From Polyangiales bacterium (GTDB lineage Bacteria; Myxococcota_A; Polyangia; Polyangiales; Ga0077539): a stretch of 64,000 bases of DNA. Within the stretch, counting starts at the first letter, position 1, and each line of letters starts with the position of its first letter. Location: NCBI GenBank assembly GCA_044229975.1, contig JBGARZ010000002.1, forward strand, positions 160,001 to 224,000, read 5' to 3'. The position numbers and the translations under genes were made by a program. The notes below the pieces were generated by a model that searched no databases, was not told where the DNA came from, and worked only from the letters and a program-made list of their open reading frames with translations. Shown piece by piece: positions 9,200 through 19,266 of the stretch.

Positions 9200-10819
9200 A
9201 TGACCCACCCCTCGCAGGCCAACTACTCTCACTCCATGCGCTCCGAACCAGGCGTGCCGGACATCGACGAGAGCCGCTTCGAGCTGCTGGAGGAGATCGG
9301 CGTCGGGGGCATGGGGTCGGTGTACCGTGCGGTGCAGCGGTCGGTCGGGCGCTACGTCGCGGTGAAGATGCTGCTGCCCGAGCACGCGTCCAACGCGTCG
9401 GGGCTGGCGAGGTTCGTGCGCGAGGCCAACGTCATCGCGCGCCTCACGCACCCCAACATCGTCCAGCTCATCGACTTCGGCCGCGACCGCCAGGGCAACC
9501 TCCTCCTCGTCATGGAACTCCTGGAGGGCGAAGCCCTTCGCACGCTGCTCCGCCGTGAGGGGCGCCTGCCCGCCGACCGCGCTGTCGTCATCGCCGCGCA
9601 GTGCCTGCAAGCGCTCCGGACGGCGCACGCCGCGGGCGTCATCCACCGCGACCTGAAGCCCGAGAACGTCTTCGTCCATCGCACCGACGACGGCGACCAC
9701 GTGAAGGTGCTCGACTTCGGCGTCGCGAAGATCACCGAGGCCGACGTCGGCGACGTCAACGCCAACCACACCGCCCAGGGCTCGATGGTGGGCACGCTCC
9801 GCTACATGGCCCCCGAGCAGGTGGCCGGTGAGGCGCCCGACCAGCGCATCGACGTCTACGCGATGGGCGTGGTGCTCTACGAGATGCTCTCCGGGGGGCT
9901 CCCCTACGACGGGCGCGACCGCTTCGTGCTGCTGCGGCAGATCATCGCCGAGGCGCCGGTTCCGCTGCTCGCGCGGGCGCCCGATGTGCCGGGGCCGCTC
10001 GCCGAGGTGGTGATGCGCGCCATCGCCAAGCAGCCGTCCGAGCGCTTCGCCAACGTGGAGGAGTTTCGCCGCGCGCTGCTCCCGATGCTGGGCCAGGACA
10101 TGGCCCGCTGGATGGTCTCCGGCGAGAGCAGCGGTCGCTTCGGCGGATCGGGCTCGGGCGTGGTTCCGGCGGGAGCCGTGACGACGACGGGGCGGTTGTC
10201 CAACCCGTCGGCCTCGACGCCCATCGCCCACTCCGAAGAGCTGCGCCTGGCCATGCGCGAGGCGACGCACTCCTCGCCGGGGACGCCGCCAGCGTCGTCG
10301 CGCAAGGGGCTGTGGCTCGCGGTGCTGCTCGCTGCAACGGTGGCGCTGGCGCTCTCCGTGGCGGTGCTCATGCGCCCCCCCGCGGCGGCGCCGGTGACCC
10401 CTGGGACGGGGACGACCACGATGACGGCTCCGGTGGTCGTGCCCGTGGCCATCGCTGCCCCGCCGCCGCCCGCGGCGGTCGCGCATCGGATGGTGGTGGT
10501 TCAGACGACGCCGCCGGGCGCGCAGGTGGTGGAGGGCGCCGCGACGGAGCTGTGCGCCGCGACGCCGTGTGCGGTGAGCGTCCCCGTGGGCGGGACGCGC
10601 GCGGTGACCATCGTGTCGGGTGTCCTACGCCTGCCGACGGTGCTCGATGGCAACGCGGCCAACGCCTCCATCGAGCTGCCCGCGGCAGCGGGTGCGGCGG
10701 TCGTCGTTGCGCCGACCCCCGCGGTGCGACCGGGCAATGGTGTCGGCGGTGTGCGGCACCCGCGGCGGCGCGTGGGCGAGGAGCCGGGCGGCGAGATCCC
10801 GATGCTCCTGCCGCACTGA
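9200..10819 (+). CDS. Membrane Ser/Thr protein kinase with C-terminal PEGA-like domain
   Basis: GVGGMGSVY, VAVK, HRDLKPEN, DFG, YMAPE; TM helix LWLAVLLAATVALALSVAVL; TTPPGAQV...TPC PEGA-like segment. Confidence 0.95.
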   Translation: MTHPSQANYSHSMRSEPGVPDIDESRFELLEEIGVGGMGSVYRAVQRSVGRYVAVKMLLPEHASNASGLARFVREANVIARLTHPNIVQLIDFGRDRQGNLLLVMELLEGEALRTLLRREGRLPADRAVVIAAQCLQALRTAHAAGVIHRDLKPENVFVHRTDDGDHVKVLDFGVAKITEADVGDVNANHTAQGSMVGTLRYMAPEQVAGEAPDQRIDVYAMGVVLYEMLSGGLPYDGRDRFVLLRQIIAEAPVPLLARAPDVPGPLAEVVMRAIAKQPSERFANVEEFRRALLPMLGQDMARWMVSGESSGRFGGSGSGVVPAGAVTTTGRLSNPSASTPIAHSEELRLAMREATHSSPGTPPASSRKGLWLAVLLAATVALALSVAVLMRPPAAAPVTPGTGTTTMTAPVVVPVAIAAPPPPAAVAHRMVVVQTTPPGAQVVEGAATELCAATPCAVSVPVGGTRAVTIVSGVLRLPTVLDGNAANASIELPAAAGAAVVVAPTPAVRPGNGVGGVRHPRRRVGEEPGGEIPMLLPH

Positions 10820-10824
10820 CGCGC

Positions 10825-11337
10825 CTACCGGCGAACCACCGACACCCGCGTCTCGTCGCCGTCGGGCGCCCCGATGCGATCGAGCGCGTCGTGCAGCCGC
10901 GCGTCGACCTCGTCCACGATGGTCGGCTCTTCCAGGTCGGGCCATGCCATCGACTCCGCCGCGCAGGTCACCGCCCGCCAGCCGCGCGGACCCACCGCCC
11001 ACGGATCGACCTCCAGCGCCGTGTCGAGCAGCGACGCCACCGCCTCCATCGCCAGCCACGCGCCGCGGTCGTCTTCGCCGTCGGCCCGCGTCGCCGCCGC
11101 CGTGATGTCCGCGCGCATCCACCGCAGCGCATCGCGGGTCACCGAGCCGTTGAGCCACTCGTTGACCCGTTCGACGGCCTGCTCGAAGAGCGCCCGATCG
11201 TTGACCAGCTGATCGAGCGCCAGCCGCGTGAGCATCACCGCGCTCGCGATGGCCTGCCGCGACGACACCCCGGGCGCGCCGTCGAGCAGGCGCCGCACCC
11301 GGCTCGCCGCGCTGCGCCGTCGTGGCCCGTCAGCCAT
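10825..11337 (-). CDS. Hypothetical protein
   Basis: Overlaps the stop of the PilT-family gene by 8 nt; protein-like composition. Confidence 0.65.
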   Translation of the reverse strand: MADGPRRRSAASRVRRLLDGAPGVSSRQAIASAVMLTRLALDQLVNDRALFEQAVERVNEWLNGSVTRDALRWMRADITAAATRADGEDDRGAWLAMEAVASLLDTALEVDPWAVGPRGWRAVTCAAESMAWPDLEEPTIVDEVDARLHDALDRIGAPDGDETRVSVVRR

Positions 11338-13498
11338 CCGCGAGACCCTTGAGGGTCATCGGGTTGCGCATGTAGCGGGCGCCCTCCTCGACCGTCACCT
11401 GCCCCGCCTTCACGAGCTCGAAGACCGCGCGGTCCATCGTCACCATGCCGTCGCGCAGGCCCGTCTCCATGGTGCTGAGGAGCTGGTGCGTCTTGCCCTC
11501 GCGGATGATCGAACGCACCGCCGCCGTGGCCACCATCACCTCGAAGGCTGCCACGCGCCCCTTGCCGTCGGCGCGCGCCAGGAGCCGCTGCGACACCACG
11601 GCCTGGAGCGCCGCGGAGAGCTGCACGCGCGCCTGCGACTGCTGGTGCGGCGGGAAGACGTCCACCATGCGATCGACGGTCTGCGGCGCGTCGTTGGTGT
11701 GCAGCGTGGCGAGGACGAGGTGACCGGTCTCGGCCGCGGTGAGGGCCGCGGAGATGGTCTCGATGTCGCGCAGCTCGCCGATGAGGATGACGTCCGGGTC
11801 CTGCCGCAGGATGAACTTCAGCGCCGCCGCGAAGCTGCGGGTGTCGGGGCCTACCTCGCGCTGCTCCACCGTCGCCATGCGGTTGTAGTGAACGAACTCG
11901 ATCGGGTCTTCGATGGTGATGATGTGGCAGCTGCGCGACGAGTTGACCTGGTCGATGATGGTCGCGAGCGTGGTGCTCTTGCCCGCCCCCGTGGGCCCCG
12001 TGACGAGCACGAGCCCGTGGGGCCGCGTGGCGAACTCGCGCACCACCGGAGGCAGCCCGAGGGTGGCGGCGTCGGGGATGCTGTTGGGGATGAGTCGCAG
12101 CGCCACGGCCACGGTGCCGCGCTGGAAGTGGGCGTTGACGCGGAAGCGGTGCTTGCCGGTGACGGTGAGGGCGAAGTCGAGCTCGCGGTCGATCTCGAAG
12201 CTCTCGCGCTGGCCATGGGAGAGCAGCGAGAAGAGCAGGCGCCGCACGTCGCCCGGCGAGAGCGAGTCGACCTCCAGGCGCCGCAGCTTGCCGTGGATGC
12301 GGAAGATGGGAGCGGAGCCCGTCACGAGGTGGATGTCGCTCGCCCCGTAGCGCAGCGCGATGTTGAGCAGCGTGCGCATGTCGACGCTGCCGACGGCGGG
12401 CAGGGCGTCGTGCTCGGCCACGAAGGCCGCCGAGCCGCGCTCCATGCCCTGCGCGTTCATGCGGAACTCATCCGGGTTGCTCGCGTACGCCGCGCCCGTC
12501 TCGTAGGTCACGACGCCCTTCTCGTAGAGCTGCACGAGCGAGCGGTTGAAGGTCTGCATGCCGTCGCCGGCCTGCACCATGAGGTCTTCGATCTCGTCGA
12601 CGCGCTGCTCGCGGATGAGCTTCTTCACCGGCGGCGTGCCGACCATGACCTCCACCGCGGCCACGCGCCCTTCGCCCTCCGCGCGCGGCACGAGCCGCTG
12701 CGACACGATGCCCTGGAGGCAGATGGAGAGGTCCATCGCGACCTGCTCGCGCAGGTGCTCGGGGTAATAGCCGAGGATGCGCTGGAGCGTCTGGAGCGAG
12801 TCGATGGTGTGCACGCTGCTCAGCACGAGGTGACCCGTGAGCGCCGCGGAGAGCGCGACGTTCATGGTCTCCGCGTCGCGCATCTCGCCGATGAGGATGA
12901 CGTCGGGGCTCTCGCGCACCACGTGGCGGAGCGCGAGCGTGAAGTCGCGCGTGTCGCTGCCCACCTCGCGCTGCGTGACCACCGCCTTCATGTCCTCGTG
13001 CACGAACTCGATGGGGTCTTCGAGCGTCACGATGTGCCGCGCGTAGCGGGCGTTGATGTGGTGCACCATCGCCGCCAGCGTCGTGCTCTTGCCCGACCCG
13101 GTGCTCCCGGTGACGAGCACGAGCCCACGCGTGCACTCGGCCAGCGTCCCGCACACCGCCGGCAGGCCGAGCACCTCGAAGTCGAGCTGCCCGCCGGGCA
13201 CGAGGCGGATGACGGCGCCGAGCAACCCCCGCTGGAGATGGAAGTGCGCGCGAAAGCGACCGAGGCCCGGTCGGCTCAGGCCCACGTCGACGTCGCCGAG
13301 ACGATCGAAGGCATCGCGCTGCGTCGGCCGCAGCACCACGCCCATGAAGTCCTTCAGGATCTCGTGTTCGAGCGGCGGCATCTTCAGCGCGACGAGCGCG
13401 CCGTTGACGCGCATCGCAGGCGCGCGACCTTCCGCGAGGAAGAGGTCAGAGGCCCGGTCGTCCACCATCCGCCTGAGGAGATCTTCTACGTCGGCCAT
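11330..13498 (-). CDS. pilT: Tandem double-domain PilT/PilU family type IV pilus retraction ATPase
   Basis: Two full repeats: ASDLFL...GSTGSGKST...TLEDPIEF...QREVG...PDVILIGEMRD...TGHLV, then ASDIHL...GPTGAGKST...TIEDPIEF...RQDPDVILIGELRD...AETGHLVLATLHT. Confidence 0.93.
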   Translation of the reverse strand: MADVEDLLRRMVDDRASDLFLAEGRAPAMRVNGALVALKMPPLEHEILKDFMGVVLRPTQRDAFDRLGDVDVGLSRPGLGRFRAHFHLQRGLLGAVIRLVPGGQLDFEVLGLPAVCGTLAECTRGLVLVTGSTGSGKSTTLAAMVHHINARYARHIVTLEDPIEFVHEDMKAVVTQREVGSDTRDFTLALRHVVRESPDVILIGEMRDAETMNVALSAALTGHLVLSSVHTIDSLQTLQRILGYYPEHLREQVAMDLSICLQGIVSQRLVPRAEGEGRVAAVEVMVGTPPVKKLIREQRVDEIEDLMVQAGDGMQTFNRSLVQLYEKGVVTYETGAAYASNPDEFRMNAQGMERGSAAFVAEHDALPAVGSVDMRTLLNIALRYGASDIHLVTGSAPIFRIHGKLRRLEVDSLSPGDVRRLLFSLLSHGQRESFEIDRELDFALTVTGKHRFRVNAHFQRGTVAVALRLIPNSIPDAATLGLPPVVREFATRPHGLVLVTGPTGAGKSTTLATIIDQVNSSRSCHIITIEDPIEFVHYNRMATVEQREVGPDTRSFAAALKFILRQDPDVILIGELRDIETISAALTAAETGHLVLATLHTNDAPQTVDRMVDVFPPHQQSQARVQLSAALQAVVSQRLLARADGKGRVAAFEVMVATAAVRSIIREGKTHQLLSTMETGLRDGMVTMDRAVFELVKAGQVTVEEGARYMRNPMTLKGLADG

Positions 13499-13532
13499 CG
13501 CACAGCGACGATGCCCGTTTCGCCCCGCAGCA

Positions 13533-14900
13533 TCAACGATTGCGTAGGCCGAGCTGCTCGGCGAGGTTCATCGGGCCGAACTTCTCCCGCAGCTCCTTGA
13601 GCGACGCGTGCGTGGGGTCGAGCCGCATCACCGCTTCGATGGACGCGCGCGCGCTCGCCTTCAGCCCCGCCTTCAAGAACACCGTCGCCAGCAGCACGTG
13701 CGCCTTCACGTTGTTGGGCTCGGCCATCACCACGCGCTGCGCGAGGTCGGTCGCCCGCTTGTGCTCGCGCGTGTACTTGCCCACCACCTCGGCCGCGTTG
13801 AGGAGGAGCTGGAAGTCCGTCGGCCTTCCCTCCCACGCGCGCTCCCAGTGCTGCGCCGCGACCTGCGCCTGACCCTCGCGCATCGCGTCGCGCGCCTGGT
13901 TGATGTGCGTGTCGACCTGCTGCGTCACGACGAGCTTGCGCATCGCCTCGTAGCGGAGGCGCAGCGCCTCGTCGTCCTTCTTCATCGCGAGGGCGCTCTT
14001 CAGCGCCTCGGCCGCCGCGGTGAAGTCGCCCTTCTTCTGCGCCTCTTCGGCGGTGGCGATGAACTGCGCGACCGACGCGGCGCGATCGACCTGCGCCACC
14101 TGCCCATGCGACCCGGGCGGCCCGGGCATGTGAACCTGGTTGGGGGACGACGGTCGGGGCGCGGGCCCGCCGGGCGGTCGCGGACCACCGGGCATCGCCG
14201 AGCTCAGGCGTCGGGCCATGGACTCCCGTGCGCGCCGCAGCGTCTCGGGGTCGAGCGGCTGGAGCGGGAGCGCCGGGGTCATCTTGGCCGACGGGTTTGG
14301 TGCGGCGACTGGTGCCGCAACCGGTGCGACGGGCGCGTGAGGCACCACCGCGCTGCCCAGCGGCGGCATCACGGGGCGCGGGGCGGTACGCATCGGCGGT
14401 GGCGGGTTGGGCGCGGGCGGCGCAGAGCTCACGTGAGGTGCGGGCGGCGTGCTGAGCGTGACCACCGAGCGGATACGCGGGGCGCCGTCGACCGTCGGGA
14501 CGTTGGGCTGCGTGGCGGCGGCCCTGCGGGCCGCGGTCGCGAGGATGTCCTGCACCTCAGGCACCGCCGGCGGCGGGCGCGACGGCGACTCCAGCGAGGC
14601 GATGTGGAGGTCGTACCCGGCGCGCTGCCTGGCGTTGCCGAGCACGTCGTAGGCGCGGGTGAGCACGCGGAAGAGCTCGTCGATGCGGGCGCGATACGGC
14701 CCGAGGGAGCGCTTGAAGAACACGTCGGGGTGGAAGCGCTGCGACAGGGCGAAGTAGGCGTCGCGGATGGTGCGCCGGTCGGCGTCGCGGGCCACGCCGA
14801 GGATCTCGTAGTGAGTCGAGGTCAACCGACGCTCGTAGATGGCGTCGATGGTCTGACGCTCCTCTTCGCTCAACTCGACCAGGTCGCCTGCGTCGCTCAT
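13533..14900 (-). CDS. DnaJ-domain protein with Pro-rich linker and C-terminal TPRs
   Basis: HYEILGV...IRDAYFALSQRFHPD (HPD motif)...AYDVL...RAGYD; TPR-like C-terminal helices. Confidence 0.88.
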   Translation of the reverse strand: MSDAGDLVELSEEERQTIDAIYERRLTSTHYEILGVARDADRRTIRDAYFALSQRFHPDVFFKRSLGPYRARIDELFRVLTRAYDVLGNARQRAGYDLHIASLESPSRPPPAVPEVQDILATAARRAAATQPNVPTVDGAPRIRSVVTLSTPPAPHVSSAPPAPNPPPPMRTAPRPVMPPLGSAVVPHAPVAPVAAPVAAPNPSAKMTPALPLQPLDPETLRRARESMARRLSSAMPGGPRPPGGPAPRPSSPNQVHMPGPPGSHGQVAQVDRAASVAQFIATAEEAQKKGDFTAAAEALKSALAMKKDDEALRLRYEAMRKLVVTQQVDTHINQARDAMREGQAQVAAQHWERAWEGRPTDFQLLLNAAEVVGKYTREHKRATDLAQRVVMAEPNNVKAHVLLATVFLKAGLKASARASIEAVMRLDPTHASLKELREKFGPMNLAEQLGLRNR

Positions 14901-15020
14901 GGGCTCCGTTGTACCTCACGCGGGGGAATTGGGATCTGCGGCCCCCGACGATATCCGACCGCTCCGTCCGGTGCACGGTCACCCGCACCATCAGGTGGGT
15001 TGGCGGTACAACCTCCGCCG

Positions 15021-16205
15021 ATGCGCATCGCCCACCTCGCCGACCTCCACATCGGGCGGGTCTTCCACGGCCAGTCGCTCATCCCCGACCAGCGCCACAT
15101 CCTGGAGCAGATCACCGCCCGGCTGCGCGCCGCCGAGGTCGATGTGCTCGTGCTCGCGGGCGATCTCTACGACCGCGCGCTGCCGAGCCGCGACGCGGTG
15201 CGCCTCGTCGATGACTTCCTCCACGAGGCCCGCGCGAGCCTGGGGCTTCCTGTCATCGCGATCGCTGGAAATCACGACAGCGGCGAGCACCTCGGCTTCG
15301 GTGCCTGGATGTTCGCGCAGGGCGACCTGCACCTCCGCGGTCGCATCGACGGACCCCTGCGCCCCGTCACCCTCGAAGACCGCCACGGCGAGGTGACGTT
15401 TTACCCGGTTCCGTATGTCGAGCCCGAGGGCGCCGCCGCGCTCTTCGTTCCTCCCGGGGCCGAGGCGCCCGTCATCGGCGGCACGCTCACCCACGGCGAG
15501 ACCGTCGAAGCGCTGCTCGCGCCCGCGCACGAGCACCGCGTGGCGCACGGCGTCCGCCGCTCGGTGGTCATCGCCCACGCCTTCGTGCGGGGCGCCGTGG
15601 CACCGATCGAGTCGCCGCGCTCGGAGCGGAGCCTCTACCTGGGCAACGTGGGCGCGGTGCCCGCGTCGCACTTCGACGGGTTCTCCTACGTGGCCCTCGG
15701 GCACCTGCACCGCCCGCAGTGGATCGGCGACGACCGAAGGCTGCGCTACGCGGGCGCTCCCCTGCGCTACGCCTTCGAGGAGACCGACGACCCGCGCACC
15801 CTCTCGGTGGTGACCGTCGACGCGGACGGTGCGTGCACGCTCGAAGAAGAGACGCTCTCCCCGCGACGCGCGCTCGGTCGGGTGCGCGGTGACCTCGCGA
15901 CCCTGCTCGGCGACCCGGCGCTGGAGCCATACACGACCCGGTATGTGCAGGCCGTGCTGACGGACCCGTTGGTCCCACAGCAAGCGATGGACCGACTGCG
16001 CGAGCGCTTTCCACACCTGCTCGAACTTCGCCGCGCACCCTCGCCTGGCGAGCCGCTGGTCGTCGCGGCGCAAGGCACCACGGAGCACCGCGGCCCGGCG
16101 GAGGTCTTCGAGGACTTCTTCCGGCGGCATGGCTCGGGAGAAGTGACCGCCGCCGACCGTGCGGTCTTCGCCGAAGCGCTTCGGGCCACCGAGGAACCCG
16201 CGTGA
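15021..16205 (+). CDS. sbcD: Exonuclease SbcCD subunit D (Mre11 family)
   Basis: HLADLHIG, AGDLYD, AGNHD, YVALGHLH phosphoesterase motifs; GTGA overlap with sbcC. Confidence 0.95.
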   Translation: MRIAHLADLHIGRVFHGQSLIPDQRHILEQITARLRAAEVDVLVLAGDLYDRALPSRDAVRLVDDFLHEARASLGLPVIAIAGNHDSGEHLGFGAWMFAQGDLHLRGRIDGPLRPVTLEDRHGEVTFYPVPYVEPEGAAALFVPPGAEAPVIGGTLTHGETVEALLAPAHEHRVAHGVRRSVVIAHAFVRGAVAPIESPRSERSLYLGNVGAVPASHFDGFSYVALGHLHRPQWIGDDRRLRYAGAPLRYAFEETDDPRTLSVVTVDADGACTLEEETLSPRRALGRVRGDLATLLGDPALEPYTTRYVQAVLTDPLVPQQAMDRLRERFPHLLELRRAPSPGEPLVVAAQGTTEHRGPAEVFEDFFRRHGSGEVTAADRAVFAEALRATEEPA

Positions 16206-19200
16206 AGCCCCACTCCCTCACGCTGCGGCAGTTTGGTCCCTACGCCGACCACACCGTCGACATCGAACCCTTCCACGGCGCCGGGCTCTTCCTCATCCAC
16301 GGCGACACGGGCTCGGGCAAGAGCACGCTGCTCGACGCCATGTCGTGGGCGCTCTATGGCCGCGGCCTCGGCGACCGCACCACCGACGAGATGATCCGCA
16401 ACGTCGGCGCACCGCCCGAGCTCCCCACCGAGGCGTCGCTGGAGTTCTCGCTCGGCCCGCGTCGCTACCGGGTCACGCGCACGCTGGAGCCCGAGCGCAC
16501 CTCCCGCCGCGGAACCGTCAAGCGCGCCCGCACCACCGCCTCGCTCCAGTGCCTCGCGGGCGATCCGCAGTTCGCGGTGGTGGGCGGAGCGAAGGAGGTC
16601 ACCCAGGCGATCGCCAACCTATTGCAGCTCCCGCACGAGCAGTTCTCGCGGGTGATCGTGCTCCCGCAGGGTGAGTTTCGCGACCTGCTCCTGGCGTCGG
16701 CGAAGCAGCGCGAGCAGCTGCTGGAGCACCTCTTCGGCACCGAGCGCTACGCCCGCATCGAGGAGCACCTCCGCACGCTCGATCAGGCCGCGCGCGCCAC
16801 CCTCGACCGCGCCGACGCCGCCATCGCGGCGGTCTTCGCTGCGGTCGGAGCCGTCGACCTTCCCGACCTCGACGCCAAGGCCGCCGACGCCCGCCGACGC
16901 CTCGCCGAGGGAGACATCGCCATCGCCGAGGCGCGCGCCGCGGCCGACGCCACCCTCGCGGCGAAGTCGTCCGCGCGCGAGCAGGAGCGCCGCAACGAGC
17001 GCCGCCGCGCTCACCTCGCCGCGCTGCGCGAGATCTCCGACGCCGAAGCGACGATCGGGCAGGTCCGCGCGCGCCTCGACCGGGCCGTCGCTGCGGGCCG
17101 TTGTCTCGACCACGTCACTCGTTGGCGTGCCGCAACGGCCGCCCGCGAGCGACGACGCATGCAGCTCGACGAGGCCCGCGCGGCGTGCAGGCGCCTCGGG
17201 GTCGAGCTCACTGCGGACGAGTTCGACCCCGCCGGCCTCGAAGCGCGGGAGGCGTCGCTGCGGGACAACGCGGGTCGGGCCGCTGCGATGCGGGTGTTGG
17301 CCGACGACGCACTCCGCATCGCCGCCCTGGAGCGCGACATTCGAGAGGGCCACGACACCATCGAACGCCTCGTGGCCTCGCTCGCATCGCGCGAGCTGGC
17401 TGTCGCCGACGCGGCCGCGCGGCGGGACGAACTCGACGCCCTGGTGGCCGCCCACGACGCCGCGCTCTCCGACGAAGCTTCCCTGCGCGCTCGCCTCGAC
17501 AACCTCGTCGCGCGGCTGCAGCGCGCCGTCGATCGACGGTCGCAGGAGGACGCCTTGCGTGGGCTCGAGCGCGCGCTCCGCAACGCTCGCTCGCTCGAAC
17601 GCGACGCCGACGAGGCCTGGCGCGAGGCGTCGGCCGCCGACGAGCGCACCCGACGAGCGCACCTGCACGCGGAGGCCGTGAGCCTGGCCGCGAGGCTCGT
17701 CGCGGGAGAGCCGTGCGTGGTCTGCGGTTCGCGCGAGCATCCCGCTCCCGCGGTCGCTCTGGAAGTACCGCCGTCCGCTCCCGCGGGTGATGCCGCTCGG
17801 GTGGAGGAGCTGGCGGCGAAGCGCGAGAAGGCTCGGCGTGAGGTGCTGACGCTGGAGGTGCGAGTCGAGGAGGCGACCGCGGCGCTGCGCTCGGGCGGAG
17901 ACGCGGAACCCACGGACGAGGAGGCACTGACCGCGGAGGTGGCGTTGGGTCGCGACGCGCTCGCGACGCTGAGGCGCCGACGCCTCGACCTGGACGCCCT
18001 GCGACGGAAGCGGTCGACGCTGGTCGAGGAGTACGACCGCAACTCCGCTGCGATCGGCCCCGAACGCGCGAACCTCATCGGCCTGCGAGCGCGCGTGGCG
18101 ACGATGGAGGAGACGGCGGCCCGTGGCCGAGCGCGCCTGTCCGACGCAGGAGTGGACCCGGCGCGCCTCGAAGAGACGCTCACGGCGCTCGACGATGCCA
18201 TCGCGCGGGAGACCGAGTCGCTCCGCGCGGCGAAGTCGCGTCGTGACGATGCGACCCGACGGCTCGCGGCGGCGGAAGGAGCGACGCCAGCGTTGGAGGC
18301 CGCGCTCGACCGCGCGTCGGCCCTGGTGGATGAGGCACAGGAGCACCTTCGCGTGGCGATGCGGGAGGGAGCCTTCGACGATGAAGCCGCGGTGGAGTCG
18401 GCGGTGCTCACGGCCGAGGAGAGCGCCCGGCTGCGCCACCAGGTGGAGTCTCACGTCCGGTCCGGGGCGATGCATCGCGAGGCGATCGACGTGTTGGGGC
18501 CCGAGGAGTCCGACGCTTCGGCGCTGGTGCGCTCCCTCGCGGAGGCTGAAGCGGGGCAACGGACGCGGCTCGACGCGCTCCAACGCGAGGCGGGCGTCGC
18601 GCAGTCGCTGCTCGCAGCCCTCGAACGCCATCGGCATACGCTCGCGACGGCGAGCGCGGCGAGGGAGACGGCGGCGGCCCGCTCCCGCGAGGTGCGCCGC
18701 GTGTCCGAGGCGGCCAACGGCAAGGGTCCGACGAAGGTACGCCTTAGCCGCTATGTGCTGCTCGACCTCTTCGACCGCGTGGTCGCGAGCGCCAGCGCGA
18801 GCCTGGAGGCGGTGAGCGATGGGCGATATCGCCTCCGTCGGCAGGAGCGCGCGTTGACGGGTCACGAGTTCGATCTGGTCGTCGACGATGCGTACGTCGG
18901 CGGAGCGCCGCGACCGGCGGCGAGCCTCTCGGGGGGCGAGGTGTTTCTCGCGTCGTTGGCGATGGCGCTCGGGCTGGGCGAGGTGCTCCAGGCGTGGTCG
19001 GGCGGCATCCGCGTGGAGTCGCTCTTCGTCGACGAGGGCTTCGGCGCGCTCGACGAGGACACCATCGAGCGCGCCATCGAGCTGCTCGAACGCCTCCCCT
19101 GCGGCGCCCGTATGGTGGGCGTCGTGTCGCACGTGCCCGAGCTCCGCAAGCGCATCCCCGCGCGTCTGGAGGTGCTCCGTGGCGACCGCGGTACGCACAC

Positions 19201-19234
19201 CCGGTGTTCACTGCGTCATCGCGGTGGCCGTTGA
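16202..19234 (+). CDS. sbcC: Exonuclease SbcCD subunit C (Rad50/SMC ATPase)
   Basis: FGPY, Walker A GDTGSGKS, LPQGEF Q-loop, long coiled coils, zinc hook PCVVCGSREHP, LSGGE signature, FVDEGFGALD, VVSHV. Confidence 0.96.
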   Translation: MKPHSLTLRQFGPYADHTVDIEPFHGAGLFLIHGDTGSGKSTLLDAMSWALYGRGLGDRTTDEMIRNVGAPPELPTEASLEFSLGPRRYRVTRTLEPERTSRRGTVKRARTTASLQCLAGDPQFAVVGGAKEVTQAIANLLQLPHEQFSRVIVLPQGEFRDLLLASAKQREQLLEHLFGTERYARIEEHLRTLDQAARATLDRADAAIAAVFAAVGAVDLPDLDAKAADARRRLAEGDIAIAEARAAADATLAAKSSAREQERRNERRRAHLAALREISDAEATIGQVRARLDRAVAAGRCLDHVTRWRAATAARERRRMQLDEARAACRRLGVELTADEFDPAGLEAREASLRDNAGRAAAMRVLADDALRIAALERDIREGHDTIERLVASLASRELAVADAAARRDELDALVAAHDAALSDEASLRARLDNLVARLQRAVDRRSQEDALRGLERALRNARSLERDADEAWREASAADERTRRAHLHAEAVSLAARLVAGEPCVVCGSREHPAPAVALEVPPSAPAGDAARVEELAAKREKARREVLTLEVRVEEATAALRSGGDAEPTDEEALTAEVALGRDALATLRRRRLDLDALRRKRSTLVEEYDRNSAAIGPERANLIGLRARVATMEETAARGRARLSDAGVDPARLEETLTALDDAIARETESLRAAKSRRDDATRRLAAAEGATPALEAALDRASALVDEAQEHLRVAMREGAFDDEAAVESAVLTAEESARLRHQVESHVRSGAMHREAIDVLGPEESDASALVRSLAEAEAGQRTRLDALQREAGVAQSLLAALERHRHTLATASAARETAAARSREVRRVSEAANGKGPTKVRLSRYVLLDLFDRVVASASASLEAVSDGRYRLRRQERALTGHEFDLVVDDAYVGGAPRPAASLSGGEVFLASLAMALGLGEVLQAWSGGIRVESLFVDEGFGALDEDTIERAIELLERLPCGARMVGVVSHVPELRKRIPARLEVLRGDRGTHTRCSLRHRGGR

Positions 19235-19266
19235 CGGATCGACCTTCCTCAAGCAGACCGCTGGGC

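Noticed and set aside
17000..18800. Relaxed codon usage in the middle of sbcC as a foreign insert
   Set aside because: The frame is uninterrupted and the region is the poorly conserved coiled coil with an intact zinc hook.
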